The notes: a model not told the origin generated them from the sequence alone. DNA of 63,990 nucleotides, filler included, from an uncultured Gemmatimonadota bacterium (GCA_964490075.1; 3 parts of 3 records of this genome joined end to end with filler, not necessarily neighbours in it), one strand, 5' to 3'; positions 54,724-63,990 are shown, counted from the first letter of the whole stretch. Translations and numbers: made by a program.

Positions 54724-54929
54724 CTGGCGTTTCGATATAGCGCGTCTTCACGCGGAAAGCGCCCGGAACGCCTCCCATCGAGCCCCTGCCCATGCCCATG
54801 CCCATGCCCGATTCGGGCAACGGAGTCGGGCAGGGGCAGGGGCGAGGGCATGGGCACGGGCACGCGAAGAAGCGCGGTCGAGAGCGCTCCCCCAGCCGCG
54901 GATGGAGCCCCGGAGGCCGGCGGACTCCC
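54724..54929. repeat. Second, rearranged copy of the 50095-50334 repeat family
   Basis: CTGGCGTTTCGATATAGCG end motif; core in inverted orientation with expanded GCCCAT/GGGCAN hexamers. Confidence 0.7.
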
Positions 54930-55155
54930 ACCGGCCCCGACACAAAAGGCCAGCTCCGGGCCCGGAACCGCGAGTCATGACACCTTTTCGCGACACACCT
55001 CACCACTCTCGATCGGAGTCGCGTGTTACCACCGGATTCCGGCCCTGATGCGACGACGCCGGAACGGGGCGGGCGCCCGAGGACACCGGACATCCAGGGC
55101 GGACCGCGTGGGTGGCGGGCGAACGAGTGGAGTGCAAGGCGGTCATTCCGCGCAC

Positions 55156-55272
55156 TTGACCCGCCTCAGAAAGGGATGTGGGTCTCTGCGCGGTCGGGCC
55201 GGGAGTCTGAGATTGCTCAGGCGGGGTTCGTGGCCGCTTTTCCGTCGATTCGCGCGCCTGAGACTGCTCAGC
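55156..55272. repeat. Second 51-bp-period array of (C/T)TGA-N6-TCAG cores (3 units)
   Basis: Cores at 55156, 55207, 55258. Confidence 0.8.
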
Positions 55273-55523
55273 CCGCAATCGGCGCTCTTCGCCCGAATGT
55301 CGGTCCCACCCGCGCTCTTTGCCAGCGGATGGGAGAGCGGCAGCCGTCGCTGGGGTTTTAGGCGCCGGCGCGGGAGCGGGATCCAGGGTCGGGGGGAGCG
55401 GCGGCGGGCCGGGCGCCCTGCCGCGGGATCTTCCCAAGAGCCGGGGGCGATGCCGCGCGCTCTGCCGGAATCGGCCGAGGTCTGTTCCCCCCCTCCTCTT
55501 CAACAGGTCCTGGAGAACGAGGC

Positions 55524-56375
55524 TCAGGCCCGCGCGCCGTGCACTTCGCTCTGCGCGATGGTCACCGCTCCGGCCAGCTCGGCGCCTGCCCGGCGCAGGG
55601 CTTGCGCGGCCGCCGCGAGGGTGGCACCGGTGGTGATCACGTCGTCGACCAGGAGCACGCGCTCTCGCGGCAGCTCGGCGACCGCCTCGAAGGCATCGGC
55701 GACGTTGGTCCAGCGCCGCTCGCGATCGAAATGGGTCTGGCTGCGGGTGGCGCGGCGGCGCCGCAGTAGCTCGCGCGGGGGCGGCAGGCGGTGGCCGGCG
55801 GCATAGCCACGGGCGATCAACGAGCTCTGGTTGTAGCCACGCTCCCTACGGCGGGCGATGTGCAGCGGGATCGGCACCACGCAGGTGACCCCGTCGGTCA
55901 CCAGGCGTGCCGCGCGCTCGGCCGCCGCCGCGTCGTCTCGCCCCGACTCGGCGCGCAGGGCGTGGCCGGTGACGATTGCCGCCAGCTCCCGCCCCAGGCG
56001 CTGGCCGAGGGGCTCCAGGCGGCGGTATTTCAGCTCCTGGATCAGCGCCGCGAGGGGGCCCTCGTAGGGGTAGGCGGAGAGCACCACGAGGGTCGAGCTC
56101 TGACCATCTGGGGGGGCGAAGTCGACCCACTCGGCGCCGTCCAGGGTCGGGTCGGGGGCGATCGGCACCGCCAGCGGCGGCGGCGCGGGATCGGGAGGGC
56201 TCAGACAGGCGGCGCAGGCCAGGGGCGACTGGTGGCTGGCGGCCGCGCCGCAGCCGGCGCAGACCGGCGGCGCCAGCAGATCGAGCAGGGTGAGGAAGGA
56301 CTGGCGCAGCAATGCCGCTCCGAGGCGCGGAGCGGGGCGCGAGGGCAGGTGGCGGAGGAGGGTCGGGAAGGGCAT
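55524..56375 (-). CDS. comF: ComF family protein (zinc ribbon + PRTase-like)
   Basis: CAGC..CAAC, LKY, VPIPLH..R.RERGYNQS, LLVDDVITTGATL. Confidence 0.92.
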   Translation of the reverse strand: MPFPTLLRHLPSRPAPRLGAALLRQSFLTLLDLLAPPVCAGCGAAASHQSPLACAACLSPPDPAPPPLAVPIAPDPTLDGAEWVDFAPPDGQSSTLVVLSAYPYEGPLAALIQELKYRRLEPLGQRLGRELAAIVTGHALRAESGRDDAAAAERAARLVTDGVTCVVPIPLHIARRRERGYNQSSLIARGYAAGHRLPPPRELLRRRRATRSQTHFDRERRWTNVADAFEAVAELPRERVLLVDDVITTGATLAAAAQALRRAGAELAGAVTIAQSEVHGARA

Positions 56376-56540
56376 GGTGCGCCCCCACTCCGCATCCGCC
56401 GTGCCAGCGACGACAAAAAAGAAGAGCCCCGCGACCGGTGCCGCGCGCCCGCGGTGACGTGCGGATGGGCGACTCGCGGCTCCGGCGGGGGGCTCAGCTC
56501 ACCATCGGAAGGGAAAGGGCGCGGCTTGACCGACTATCTC

Positions 56541-57881
56541 TTAGTCCACAGTGATCGGCAGCGCCAGCTCGACGCGCACCGAGCTGCGATCGGTGGGGCC
56601 GTACTGCGGCACCGTGTCGACCGCCCACTCGTCCTCCGGCAGCAGCATCCAGGTGCGGTGGAAGCTGCCCACCAGCCACAGGTAGGTGTTCATGCGGTAC
56701 TTCGCCTCGACCAGGAGATGGGAGTTGTCGTCCAGTCCGAAGGCATCGCCGAAGCCGTCTACGTGGAAGCGGTCGTAGGCGGCGCTCAGGCGGATGCTCG
56801 GTCCCAGGTCGGGCAGGATGGTCTCGGCGTGCAGCCAGCCGTCGGGGTCGACGTCCTTCCACTCGTAGCTGCCGACCACGTAGAGGGTGTTGAGCAGATT
56901 GACGATCGCCTCACCGAACCAGCCCGATTCCCCTTTGACGAAGGCCAGGGCGTCGAGCTTGGTGGCCCGCTCGAGCTCGTAGAAGTGGTTGAAGTAGGGG
57001 ACCATGAACTGGTCGCCGAGGAAGCGGCGCTCGAGGCGGGTGGTGAGAGTGAGGGAGTTGGCGGGGAAGCGCAGCACGTCGACCGCGCCGATGATGTTGC
57101 CGGAGCCGTGGTCGGCGATCCGGGCGTGGTCGTAGTAGAAGGTCAGGTCGAAGGCGGAGCGACGCACTACCGGCAGGTCGAGGTCGAAGCCGAGCGCCAC
57201 CACCGCGTCGCCGGGTCCGTAGCGGTTCGGATCGATGTCGGTGACCAGGGTCGCGCCGACGCCCAGGGTGCGGAGGAGGGGCAGCTCGGGGCGGGTGTGG
57301 AAGGGCCGGGTGTAGATCCGGCCGCCGAGGATTTCGGCGCGCGCGAAGTTCGAGTAGATCGACTCGAAGCCCCAGTGGCCGTGGTCCATGTCGAGGACCA
57401 GCCCGGTCTTGCGCTCGTCCTCGTCGATGGTGTTGGCGTAGTGGCGCATGATCGACCCGTGACCGAGGGTGGCGTTGTCCTGCACCCCGACACGCACGTA
57501 GAGGGGATCGCCCTTCTGCGCCCAGCGCACGTAGCGGATCACCGCCAGGTAGTCGGAGAAGGAGTCCCAGTCCTCGGCGCGCACTTCGCCGCCCGAGGTG
57601 GCGAAACGCAGGGGGATGTAGAGACCGACGCCGAGCTTGCCGAAGCTCAGCTCGGGGCGCAGCGACACCAGAACGAAGGTATCGCCGTCGATGACTTCGA
57701 GACCGAGGCCGCCGTAGAGCGCCGGATCGTCGGTCCAGGTTTGGCCGCCGGGTGGCTCGGAGAGGTCATCCAGAAAGGCCGCCAGGCGGAATCCCTCGGC
57801 CCGCGCGCCGATCGAGGCGAGAGCGAGCGTTGCGCAGGCCACTGCGGCGCGGAAGGCGAGGCGAACGACCAAGGTGTGCAT
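56541..57881 (-). CDS. Probable outer-membrane beta-barrel protein
   Basis: Signal peptide from ATG 57881; IRYVRW..KGDPLYVRVG, TLGHGSIMRHYAN; amphipathic strands. Confidence 0.7.
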   Translation of the reverse strand: MHTLVVRLAFRAAVACATLALASIGARAEGFRLAAFLDDLSEPPGGQTWTDDPALYGGLGLEVIDGDTFVLVSLRPELSFGKLGVGLYIPLRFATSGGEVRAEDWDSFSDYLAVIRYVRWAQKGDPLYVRVGVQDNATLGHGSIMRHYANTIDEDERKTGLVLDMDHGHWGFESIYSNFARAEILGGRIYTRPFHTRPELPLLRTLGVGATLVTDIDPNRYGPGDAVVALGFDLDLPVVRRSAFDLTFYYDHARIADHGSGNIIGAVDVLRFPANSLTLTTRLERRFLGDQFMVPYFNHFYELERATKLDALAFVKGESGWFGEAIVNLLNTLYVVGSYEWKDVDPDGWLHAETILPDLGPSIRLSAAYDRFHVDGFGDAFGLDDNSHLLVEAKYRMNTYLWLVGSFHRTWMLLPEDEWAVDTVPQYGPTDRSSVRVELALPITVD

Positions 57882-57981
57882 AGGGAGGGGCTCCGTTAGG
57901 GGTTGAGCGGCCGACCGGGCGCATGATAGCGTTCCGCTCCCTCCTCCGCGGCCGCTGATCGACCGCGGAGTCGATCCACTT

Positions 57982-58066
57982 GCCCAGGTGGTGGAATTGG
58001 CAGACACGCTGTCTTGAGGGGGCAGTGGGGAAACCCGTGCGGGTTCGAATCCCGCCCTGGGCACCA
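57982..58066 (+). tRNA. tRNA-Leu(GAG)
   Basis: GCCCAGG/CCTGGGC acceptor stem; anticodon arm CTGTC-TTGAGGG-GGCAG; long variable arm; GTTCGAATC; encoded CCA. Confidence 0.97.
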
Positions 58067-58161
58067 GATCTACGGTCCGAAGGCGCGTGCGGCAAGTCGA
58101 AGAGGCTGCCGCGCGCGCCTTTGTGCCTCGAGGGTGGCGCCACCCGCACCGATCGGCGACA

Positions 58162-58386
58162 ATGAGCGCGATGCGAGCACCCAAAGACGTCGACTGGAGC
58201 GGCGTTTCGCCCAGCATGGAGCCGATCGCTCCCTTGACGGCCGAGACTTTCGTGGAGCGGTTGCGGGCGTTGACTCGCGATCTGCGCGCGCTGGAACGGC
58301 TGAGAGGTGCTTTCCTCTCGCAACACCCCGAGGTCGCCGATGGACTTCCTGTCGATTCTCCGCCGCATGGCGGCGAGCGGGCTTGA
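58162..58386 (+). CDS. Small hypothetical protein
   Basis: Short ORF overlapping the start of the nucleotidyltransferase gene. Confidence 0.45.
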   Translation: MSAMRAPKDVDWSGVSPSMEPIAPLTAETFVERLRALTRDLRALERLRGAFLSQHPEVADGLPVDSPPHGGERA

Positions 58387-58834
58387 GTTCGTGATCGTGG
58401 GGGGTGTGGCGTCGCGCCTCTACGGGAGCAGCAGACTGACCTACGATCTGGACGTGGTTCCGAAGTTGGAGCCGCTGCCCTGGGCGCGCCTGGTTCGGAC
58501 GCTGTGGGAGGCCGGCGCTCGCCCGCGCATTCCGGAATCGCAGGAGGCGATCGCCGACCTGGAGAAGGTGCGCCAGTGGATCGACGAGAAGGGGATGCTG
58601 GCGCTCGCTTTCCGCTCCGCGGACGGCGCCGTCGAGGTCGACCTGCTGGTCGCCGAGGCGCGACGAGTCGACGGTCTCCTGGCGCGGGCCACCGCGGTCG
58701 AGCTGGACGGACAGACCTACCGCATCGCCGCGCTCGACGATCTGATCGAGATGAAGCAACGCGCGGGAAGGCCGCGGGATCTGCTCGACGTCGAGGAGCT
58801 GAAGCGGATCCGCGCGCGGATCGACCGCGACTGA
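58340..58834 (+). CDS. Nucleotidyltransferase-family protein
   Basis: FVIVGGVA...YG..R.T.DLD, VDLL, LIEMKQRAGRPRDLLD. Confidence 0.85.
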   Translation: MDFLSILRRMAASGLEFVIVGGVASRLYGSSRLTYDLDVVPKLEPLPWARLVRTLWEAGARPRIPESQEAIADLEKVRQWIDEKGMLALAFRSADGAVEVDLLVAEARRVDGLLARATAVELDGQTYRIAALDDLIEMKQRAGRPRDLLDVEELKRIRARIDRD

Positions 58835-58952
58835 TAGGTGACCGCCGGGGAGCGGAACGCTACACTTCCATCATCGCCGCGCACGCCCGATGCCGAGACA
58901 GTTTCGGTCGCGCGGACCACGACGTGGTTCCGTCCCCCCGGAAGAGGAAGAG

Positions 58953-60236
58953 ATGAAGAGGCGAGTCATGCTGCGAAAGTGCATCGGTGAAGCGATCGCT
59001 CTGGCGATCTGCACCTCGCTGGTCGCGTCGAACGCGGCCGCCAGCGACACAGGATTCCTCGAGGCGCTGAGCGACGAGCTGGTGTCTCCCAGCGCCGTGG
59101 TGCCGGTCCCCGGAGGCGGCTATCTGCTGGCCGGCACGATCGGTGTGATGAAATCGAAGCCGATCGTCATCAGGCTCGATGGCGCCGGCGAGGTGCTCTG
59201 GAGACGCGAGCTGGGCGTCGCCGCGGAGGAGAGCGGCCGGCAGGGTCTCATGGGTCATCCGAAGGTCGGCGGGATCGCCTTCGGGCCCGACGGCAATCTG
59301 GTGCTGCTCTTGAATTCTGATGTATACGCAAAAAGACCCTTGCATCTGATCCACCTCGACGAATCCGGCACGGAGCTGCGCAGAGCCGCGCTGCCCTTCC
59401 CCGGCATCAACGATCCGAAGTCGCTGCTGGTGCGGAAGGACGGCCGCCTGCTGATCGGCTTCGATCACAAGGTCGAGAACCGGCGCACGGTGCTGCTTGC
59501 TCGGGTGCGCCCTTCGGGAGAGGTCGACTGGAAGCTCGAACTCAGCGGCGAGAAGTACATCGGGCTCGAGGATGTCGTCTTGACCGGCGACGGCGGCTGC
59601 GTGGCCTCGGCGCTCGCCATGACCGAAGCGGGCGGGACCATCCGCCTGGTGAAGGTCGATTCCAAGGGGAAGCAGCTCTGGAACATCCGCGTGGGCGCCG
59701 ATCTGCCGGGCAAGCACCTGGCCAAGGGAGTCGTGGTCGACCAGGCCGGCAACTACCTGGTCGCCGGCTCGCTGTGGTTCCCAAGCGGCGATTTCGATCC
59801 GATCCTGGCCAAGGTCGACGCCCAGGGGCGGGTGCTCTGGGTCAATCCCTACAACGAGGACGGCGTTTGCCGTGGCTACTACCCGGTTGAGCATTCCAGC
59901 GGCAAGATCGCGCTCGCCATTCGGAAAGACAACGACGCGGGCCCGGGGCTCGTGCTCCTGGCCGTGGGCGCGGACGGCACCAAGATCGGCAGCCGCCCCC
60001 TCGGCGGCGAGGCCGGATTCGGCTGGGACCCCCTGGCCGCCGCGATCGACGCCACGGGTCATCTGCTGATCACGGGAACCCGCTCGACGCCCTCCGAGGA
60101 CATGACCTACACCCCCTTCCTGCGCGCGATCGATCTCGACTGGACCCTCGACGTGATGGAGCGCTACAAGAAGAAGCGCGAGGCGCGGGGTGAGCGAGGC
60201 GAGCGCACCAAGCGGCGCCGGCGGCGGGAGCGATAG
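58953..60236 (+). CDS. Secreted beta-propeller-like protein
   Basis: Signal peptide; repeats L.K.D..G..LW and G.YL.AG. Confidence 0.7.
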   Translation: MKRRVMLRKCIGEAIALAICTSLVASNAAASDTGFLEALSDELVSPSAVVPVPGGGYLLAGTIGVMKSKPIVIRLDGAGEVLWRRELGVAAEESGRQGLMGHPKVGGIAFGPDGNLVLLLNSDVYAKRPLHLIHLDESGTELRRAALPFPGINDPKSLLVRKDGRLLIGFDHKVENRRTVLLARVRPSGEVDWKLELSGEKYIGLEDVVLTGDGGCVASALAMTEAGGTIRLVKVDSKGKQLWNIRVGADLPGKHLAKGVVVDQAGNYLVAGSLWFPSGDFDPILAKVDAQGRVLWVNPYNEDGVCRGYYPVEHSSGKIALAIRKDNDAGPGLVLLAVGADGTKIGSRPLGGEAGFGWDPLAAAIDATGHLLITGTRSTPSEDMTYTPFLRAIDLDWTLDVMERYKKKREARGERGERTKRRRRRER

Positions 60237-60322
60237 AGGGCTTTCAACCGAAACTGAACCGATTCGCGGGCGGCGGAGTATTTCGATTGAAGGAGGAGCG
60301 CTCCGCACTGGAGACAAGCACA

Positions 60323-60783
60323 GTGAACGAATTCAAAGAGGAGTGGACGCTCCGCAAGATCGTCGCCTATGCGCTCATCGGCCTGGGCGTGCTCCTGGCC
60401 CTCAATCTCCTGCTGCACGCGCTGCCGATCTTGATCGGCGTCGCGGTGCTGCTCGGTCCCCCGATCTGGGTCTATGTCGACGGCACCAAGCGCGGTCTCG
60501 ACCGCGCGCCGCTCTGGGCACTGTTGGTGTTGCTCTCAACGTGGTCGGCCTGGTCATCTACCTGATCGCTCGCCCCGACACCGTGTTGGGTGACTGCCGC
60601 CGGTGCGGTGCGGCGCTGCGGCCCGAATGGCGGGTCTGCGCCTCCTGCGGCGCCGAGACCGACGCGCCCCACCCCGATTGCCCCTCTTGCTCGACGAGAG
60701 TCGAGCCAGGATGGCGCTACTGCCCTCGCTGCAAGGCCGAGCTGGGCGCCGAGACCGGCCTGGTCGCGGAGAACGAGTCATGA
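60323..60783 (+). pseudogene. Membrane-anchored double zinc-ribbon protein, frameshifted near 60535
   Basis: WVYVD..KRG..LWALLVL is in one frame; NVVGLVIYLIARP and four CxxC pairs are in another. Confidence 0.75.
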
Positions 60784-61082
60784 GCGACACACGAAATAGA
60801 TCCGACCTACGCGACGCGCTCGAAAGCGCGGCCGGCTGCGTCAAGCAGGAGATGGTCGAGCTCGCGGGGGAGGTCGAGCACGCGCTGGACGACGTAGCGC
60901 GGCGCTTGCGGAGCTCGAAGACCGGTCGGTCGGCGATCCGCGAGCGCCGGCTGGCCCGCCTCGGAGAGCGCTTCCTGGCTCTGATCGAAGCCGGCAACGG
61001 AGCCGGAGCCAGCAACGATCCCGATGTGTTGCGCATGGTCGCCGAGCTGCGTCGGGATTCGACGGCGGAGGACGCCGGCTAG
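60780..61082 (+). CDS. Hypothetical helical protein
   Basis: ATGA overlap with the zinc-ribbon gene; 100 aa. Confidence 0.6.
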   Translation: MSDTRNRSDLRDALESAAGCVKQEMVELAGEVEHALDDVARRLRSSKTGRSAIRERRLARLGERFLALIEAGNGAGASNDPDVLRMVAELRRDSTAEDAG

Positions 61083-61092
61083 CCAGGAGCTC

Positions 61093-62865
61093 TCAGCGAA
61101 GCCAGTCGCCGTTGCGGGAAGGGCACTGGCGATGCGCTGGCGTTTCGACATAAGGGTTCGCGCTCCCGGGTCCAATCCCGCGCGACGAGCCGCTATGTCG
61201 AAACACCAGCGATGCGGGCGGGGAGCGTGGCGGCGATCGCGGTCTGAGCAGCCTCAGGCGCGCGCCATCCGTCCCAAGCACTCTACCCCTACAGAGAACC
61301 ACCCCACGCAGCCCGACCCCAGAGCCCAGAGCCCAGAGCCCAAAGCCCAAAGCCTCGGCCGAAGGCCGATCCTCCTCGGCCGAAGGCCGCTCCTCCGGCA
61401 CCTCCACCACCCGCCCCGGCAGCACCTCGATCTCGATCTCCTCCACCACCTCGCCGGCGCTCAGGCGCAGGAGATACGAGCCGGGAAAGGAGTCGTCGGG
61501 GACGGTGAACTCCAGGGTGCCCTCCCAGGAGCCGCGGGCGCGCACCGGGCGTTTGCCGCGGCGGGCGATGAGGATCGGCTCGGGGTTGTCGGCGGGGCCG
61601 AAGGCGAGATCGAGGTCGATACTGCGGGGGTGGTCTTCGAGGTTGGAGGCCAGCACGTGGAACTCGATGGAGGTGCCGGCGAGGACAGCGCTGCGGCGCG
61701 GGACGACGTAGAGCAGCTCGGTCGCGCGCCGATCGAAGGGGTAGGGGCCGAGATCGAGGCGGGTGCCGTCGGGATCGCGGATGCCGAGCGGCGGGGATGG
61801 GTCGCCGGCGTCGATGGCGGGGGAGCCGGGGCGGAGCTGGAAGCCGCCCTGGGCGGGGTCGAAGAAGAGGGGGTCGGCGTGGAGGTCGTGGGTGGTGTCG
61901 GGCGGCCAGCCCTCGTGATCGATTCCCTCGTTGTCGAAGAAGAGGTTGTGGGTCGCCTGGAGGGGACCGAGCAGATGCACGACCCCGGCCCCCCGGTTGC
62001 GCACGAAGAGGTTGTTGCTGATGGTCACGCCGTTGAGTGGCCAGTCCGCATAGATCGCTCCGCCCCAGCCGCCCTTCTTGCCAGGATTCCAGCGCTCGTG
62101 GCCCTCGGCCGCGACGGCCGTGTTGTTCAGGAAGACGTTGTTCAGGATGCGGGTGTCGGTATCCATGTGGAAGCCGTAGACGTAGATCGCGGCGCCCTTG
62201 TTGGAGAAGTTGCCCTCGAACCAGTTGCCGCGGATGCGGCTGTTGCCCGTGATGCCGAGGGCACCGCCCTCGGCGGCCGCCAGGGGACGGAAGGCGTGGC
62301 CGTTGTTGATGAAGACGCAGTTCTCGATGAACGGGTCTTCGGGGGTGCTGTTCAGAGTGATGACGGCGCCCGAGAATCTGCTATCTTCGAGTGTCAGGTC
62401 ATACCCCGAGTGGTTCAGCCCCGCCGACCATCCAGGGAAGGCGTATCCTGACCCGGCCAGACGCCAACCGCTCACGACGACGTCTCTGACCGTCACACTA
62501 GAGAAGCTGGAACCGATTCCACGGCCATCCAGGGGGCACAACGTGAATCCTTGAATCAGATTTCCTGAGTCGGAGTGCACAACGTAGAACAGATTCGTCT
62601 GCTCCGGGACACCTTTGACCATTGTCTCATTGCTTCCGCCCAATCCAATGACCGATATGCCTTTTTCCTCCCACGCCACGCTCTCTTTGTAGGTGCCAGC
62701 CGCAACCAAAACACTGTCGCCGTCAACCGCGACATCCACGGCCTCTTGAATCGTATCGAACTCGGAGCAGGGACCGACGTAGAGCGTCGCCGCCCGGGCC
62801 ACGGCGGGCGTGATCTGGGCGACGAGCAGGGTCAGGGTGAGCGTTGATTTACATAGTGTACGCAT
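61093..62865 (-). CDS. Secreted right-handed beta-helix protein with C-terminal Ig-like domain
   Basis: Signal peptide; TIQEAVDVAVDGDSVLVAAGTY; GGAI repeats; ADPLF...SPAIDAGDP..DLGPY; last ~90 codons run through repeats and are doubtful. Confidence 0.8.
   Translation of the reverse strand: MRTLCKSTLTLTLLVAQITPAVARAATLYVGPCSEFDTIQEAVDVAVDGDSVLVAAGTYKESVAWEEKGISVIGLGGSNETMVKGVPEQTNLFYVVHSDSGNLIQGFTLCPLDGRGIGSSFSSVTVRDVVVSGWRLAGSGYAFPGWSAGLNHSGYDLTLEDSRFSGAVITLNSTPEDPFIENCVFINNGHAFRPLAAAEGGALGITGNSRIRGNWFEGNFSNKGAAIYVYGFHMDTDTRILNNVFLNNTAVAAEGHERWNPGKKGGWGGAIYADWPLNGVTISNNLFVRNRGAGVVHLLGPLQATHNLFFDNEGIDHEGWPPDTTHDLHADPLFFDPAQGGFQLRPGSPAIDAGDPSPPLGIRDPDGTRLDLGPYPFDRRATELLYVVPRRSAVLAGTSIEFHVLASNLEDHPRSIDLDLAFGPADNPEPILIARRGKRPVRARGSWEGTLEFTVPDDSFPGSYLLRLSAGEVVEEIEIEVLPGRVVEVPEERPSAEEDRPSAEALGFGLWALGSGVGLRGVVLCRGRVLGTDGARLRLLRPRSPPRSPPASLVFRHSGSSRGIGPGSANPYVETPAHRQCPSRNGDWLR
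61136..61210. repeat. Short inverted-repeat element of the 50095 family
   Basis: GCTGGCGTTTCGACATA ... TATGTCGAAACACCAGC, 16/17 complementary. Confidence 0.75.
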
Positions 62866-62871
62866 GACTTG

Positions 62872-63988
62872 CTACGGAGCTCCGCCGAGATCGAGTGGAT
62901 CGCAGGTGCCACCGAACCAGCCGGTGGTCAGTCCGGTGCGCGCCCGCTGGGCGGCGCAATTGATGCTGCCGGCCGCTGTGGCCAACTCCGTGTAGGTCTG
63001 CGCGGCGCCGACATAGGCGGGGTGCCTGGGATTCCAGAAGCCCCAGTTCTGGGTGAGCTTCGTGTATCTCCCACTCGGCACATCTCCGAGGGGCAAGTTC
63101 CTGGAGGCCGACGCGAACTCGTGATCGATGGCGTTGTACCAGAAGAGCCCGGCGATGAAGTGGTGCTGGCCCTGCCCCGGCGCCGAAGCCTTGGCCTGCA
63201 CCATCCCGGTCATGAAGTCGGTGTAGGCTGTTCCACGGGCCTCGTGACCGGTGATCACCTCGGGGTAGTGGTAATCCGGGTGCCTTGGATCGTTACACTC
63301 GCCGCCGCAGTTCGGGTTGGGAATCCAGAGCGGCTCTTCTCCCGACATACAGCATTCATAGCCCATCCACTGATCGGCATGATACGAGAACTCGGTGATC
63401 ATGAAGGGACGGGCCAGATCCTCGGCGACCAGGCTCTGGTAGACGTGCTTGAGCTGGTTGGCGGCTTCCTCGGTCGTTCCATGCTCCACGTAGAGGTTGA
63501 AGCAGAGGACATCGGAGTAGTGCGCCGCGATGCCCGCGATGTCGGGGCTGTAGGGGATCTGGAACTTGCCGAACCAGGCGAAGCGGTCGGAGAGGATGGC
63601 GTGTGGCGATTCGCTGTCGAACGCCACGATCGCCTGTCTCATGGTCGAGTAGAACTGGATGGCCAGCTTCTTCATGAAGTACTCGCCGTCGCTCTCTTCG
63701 AGGTAGCGGCCCAGGTCGAACTGCACGATCTCGCCTTCTTCGCCGTAGAGGGCGCCATAATCGACATCGGACGGGGTCTCAAACACCCGCCCTTCGTCCC
63801 AGCCGCACTGTGGTGGGGTCCTGCGCCACGTAGAAGCGATCGGTCGCCGTGAACTCAGCGAACGCGGGCATGGCGTACAAGAAAAGAGCCCCGAAAAGGG
63901 GCTTGACGACGCGCTCGAAGCTCAGGCACGTCTTAGGCGAACGGCGAACGGCGAACGGCGAACGGCGAACGGCGAGTGCTGCTCTCAT
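62872..63988 (-). pseudogene. Glycoside hydrolase (clan GH-A, beta-agarase-like), apparently internally deleted or frameshifted
   Basis: Signal peptide + TATDRFYV in one frame; C-terminal barrel half (AI..D..PHAILSDRF, DVLCFNLY, RPFMITEF) in another. Confidence 0.55.
63936..63975. repeat. Heptamer tandem repeat (GGCGAAC)5+
   Basis: Seen directly; a similar (CCCARAG)5 run lies at 61318-61354. Confidence 0.9.
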
Positions 63989-63990
63989 GG

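Noticed and set aside
56415-56495. Possible minus-strand terminator (GAGCCCC...GGGGCTC followed by a T-rich tract)
   Set aside because: The arms are about 58 bp apart, too far for a confident intrinsic terminator call
61093-61370. C-terminal extension of the beta-helix ORF
   Set aside because: Translates heptamer repeats and an inverted-repeat element; unlikely to be a real domain

Overview
High-GC (about 70% by eye) bacterial DNA. It consists of three separate contigs (1-24040, 24141-47548, 47649-63990) joined by artificial N44-TTAATTAATTAA-N44 linkers, so adjacency across the gaps is not biological. Gene content (FlgD-like C-terminal domain, a TW-x-x-x-K C-terminal tail, DUF4159/DUF4175/TPR cluster, outer-membrane barrels) suggests a diderm of the FCB-group candidate phyla; this is an inference. 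Contig 1 carries secreted repeat proteins, a CatA-like acetyltransferase followed by three radical SAM genes, asnB/GT25/sulfotransferase, and a hemerythrin / TetR-DUF2249 / membrane-protein module with a perfect palindromic operator. It also has a probable selenoprotein (LVIVD + Ig-like + UxxC redoxin + FlgD-like domain) that the ORF track splits at an in-frame TGA. Contig 2 carries an MNT with a truncated HEPN partner, a 1518-aa sensor kinase, a dihaem cytochrome-porin pair, DUF4159-DUF4175-TPR, and a complete type I-B CRISPR-Cas locus (cas8b-7-5-3-6-1-2-4 plus the start of the array). Contig 3 carries an FAD oxidoreductase, an antitoxin-PIN pair, gap-pgk-tpiA-secG, comF, tRNA-Leu(GAG) and secreted or degraded genes. 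The main unexplained signal is a cryptic array of CTGA-N6-TCAG palindromes at an exact 51-bp period, found at two unlinked intergenic loci (17027-17296 and 55156-55272). All family calls come from motif recognition; no database searches were run.
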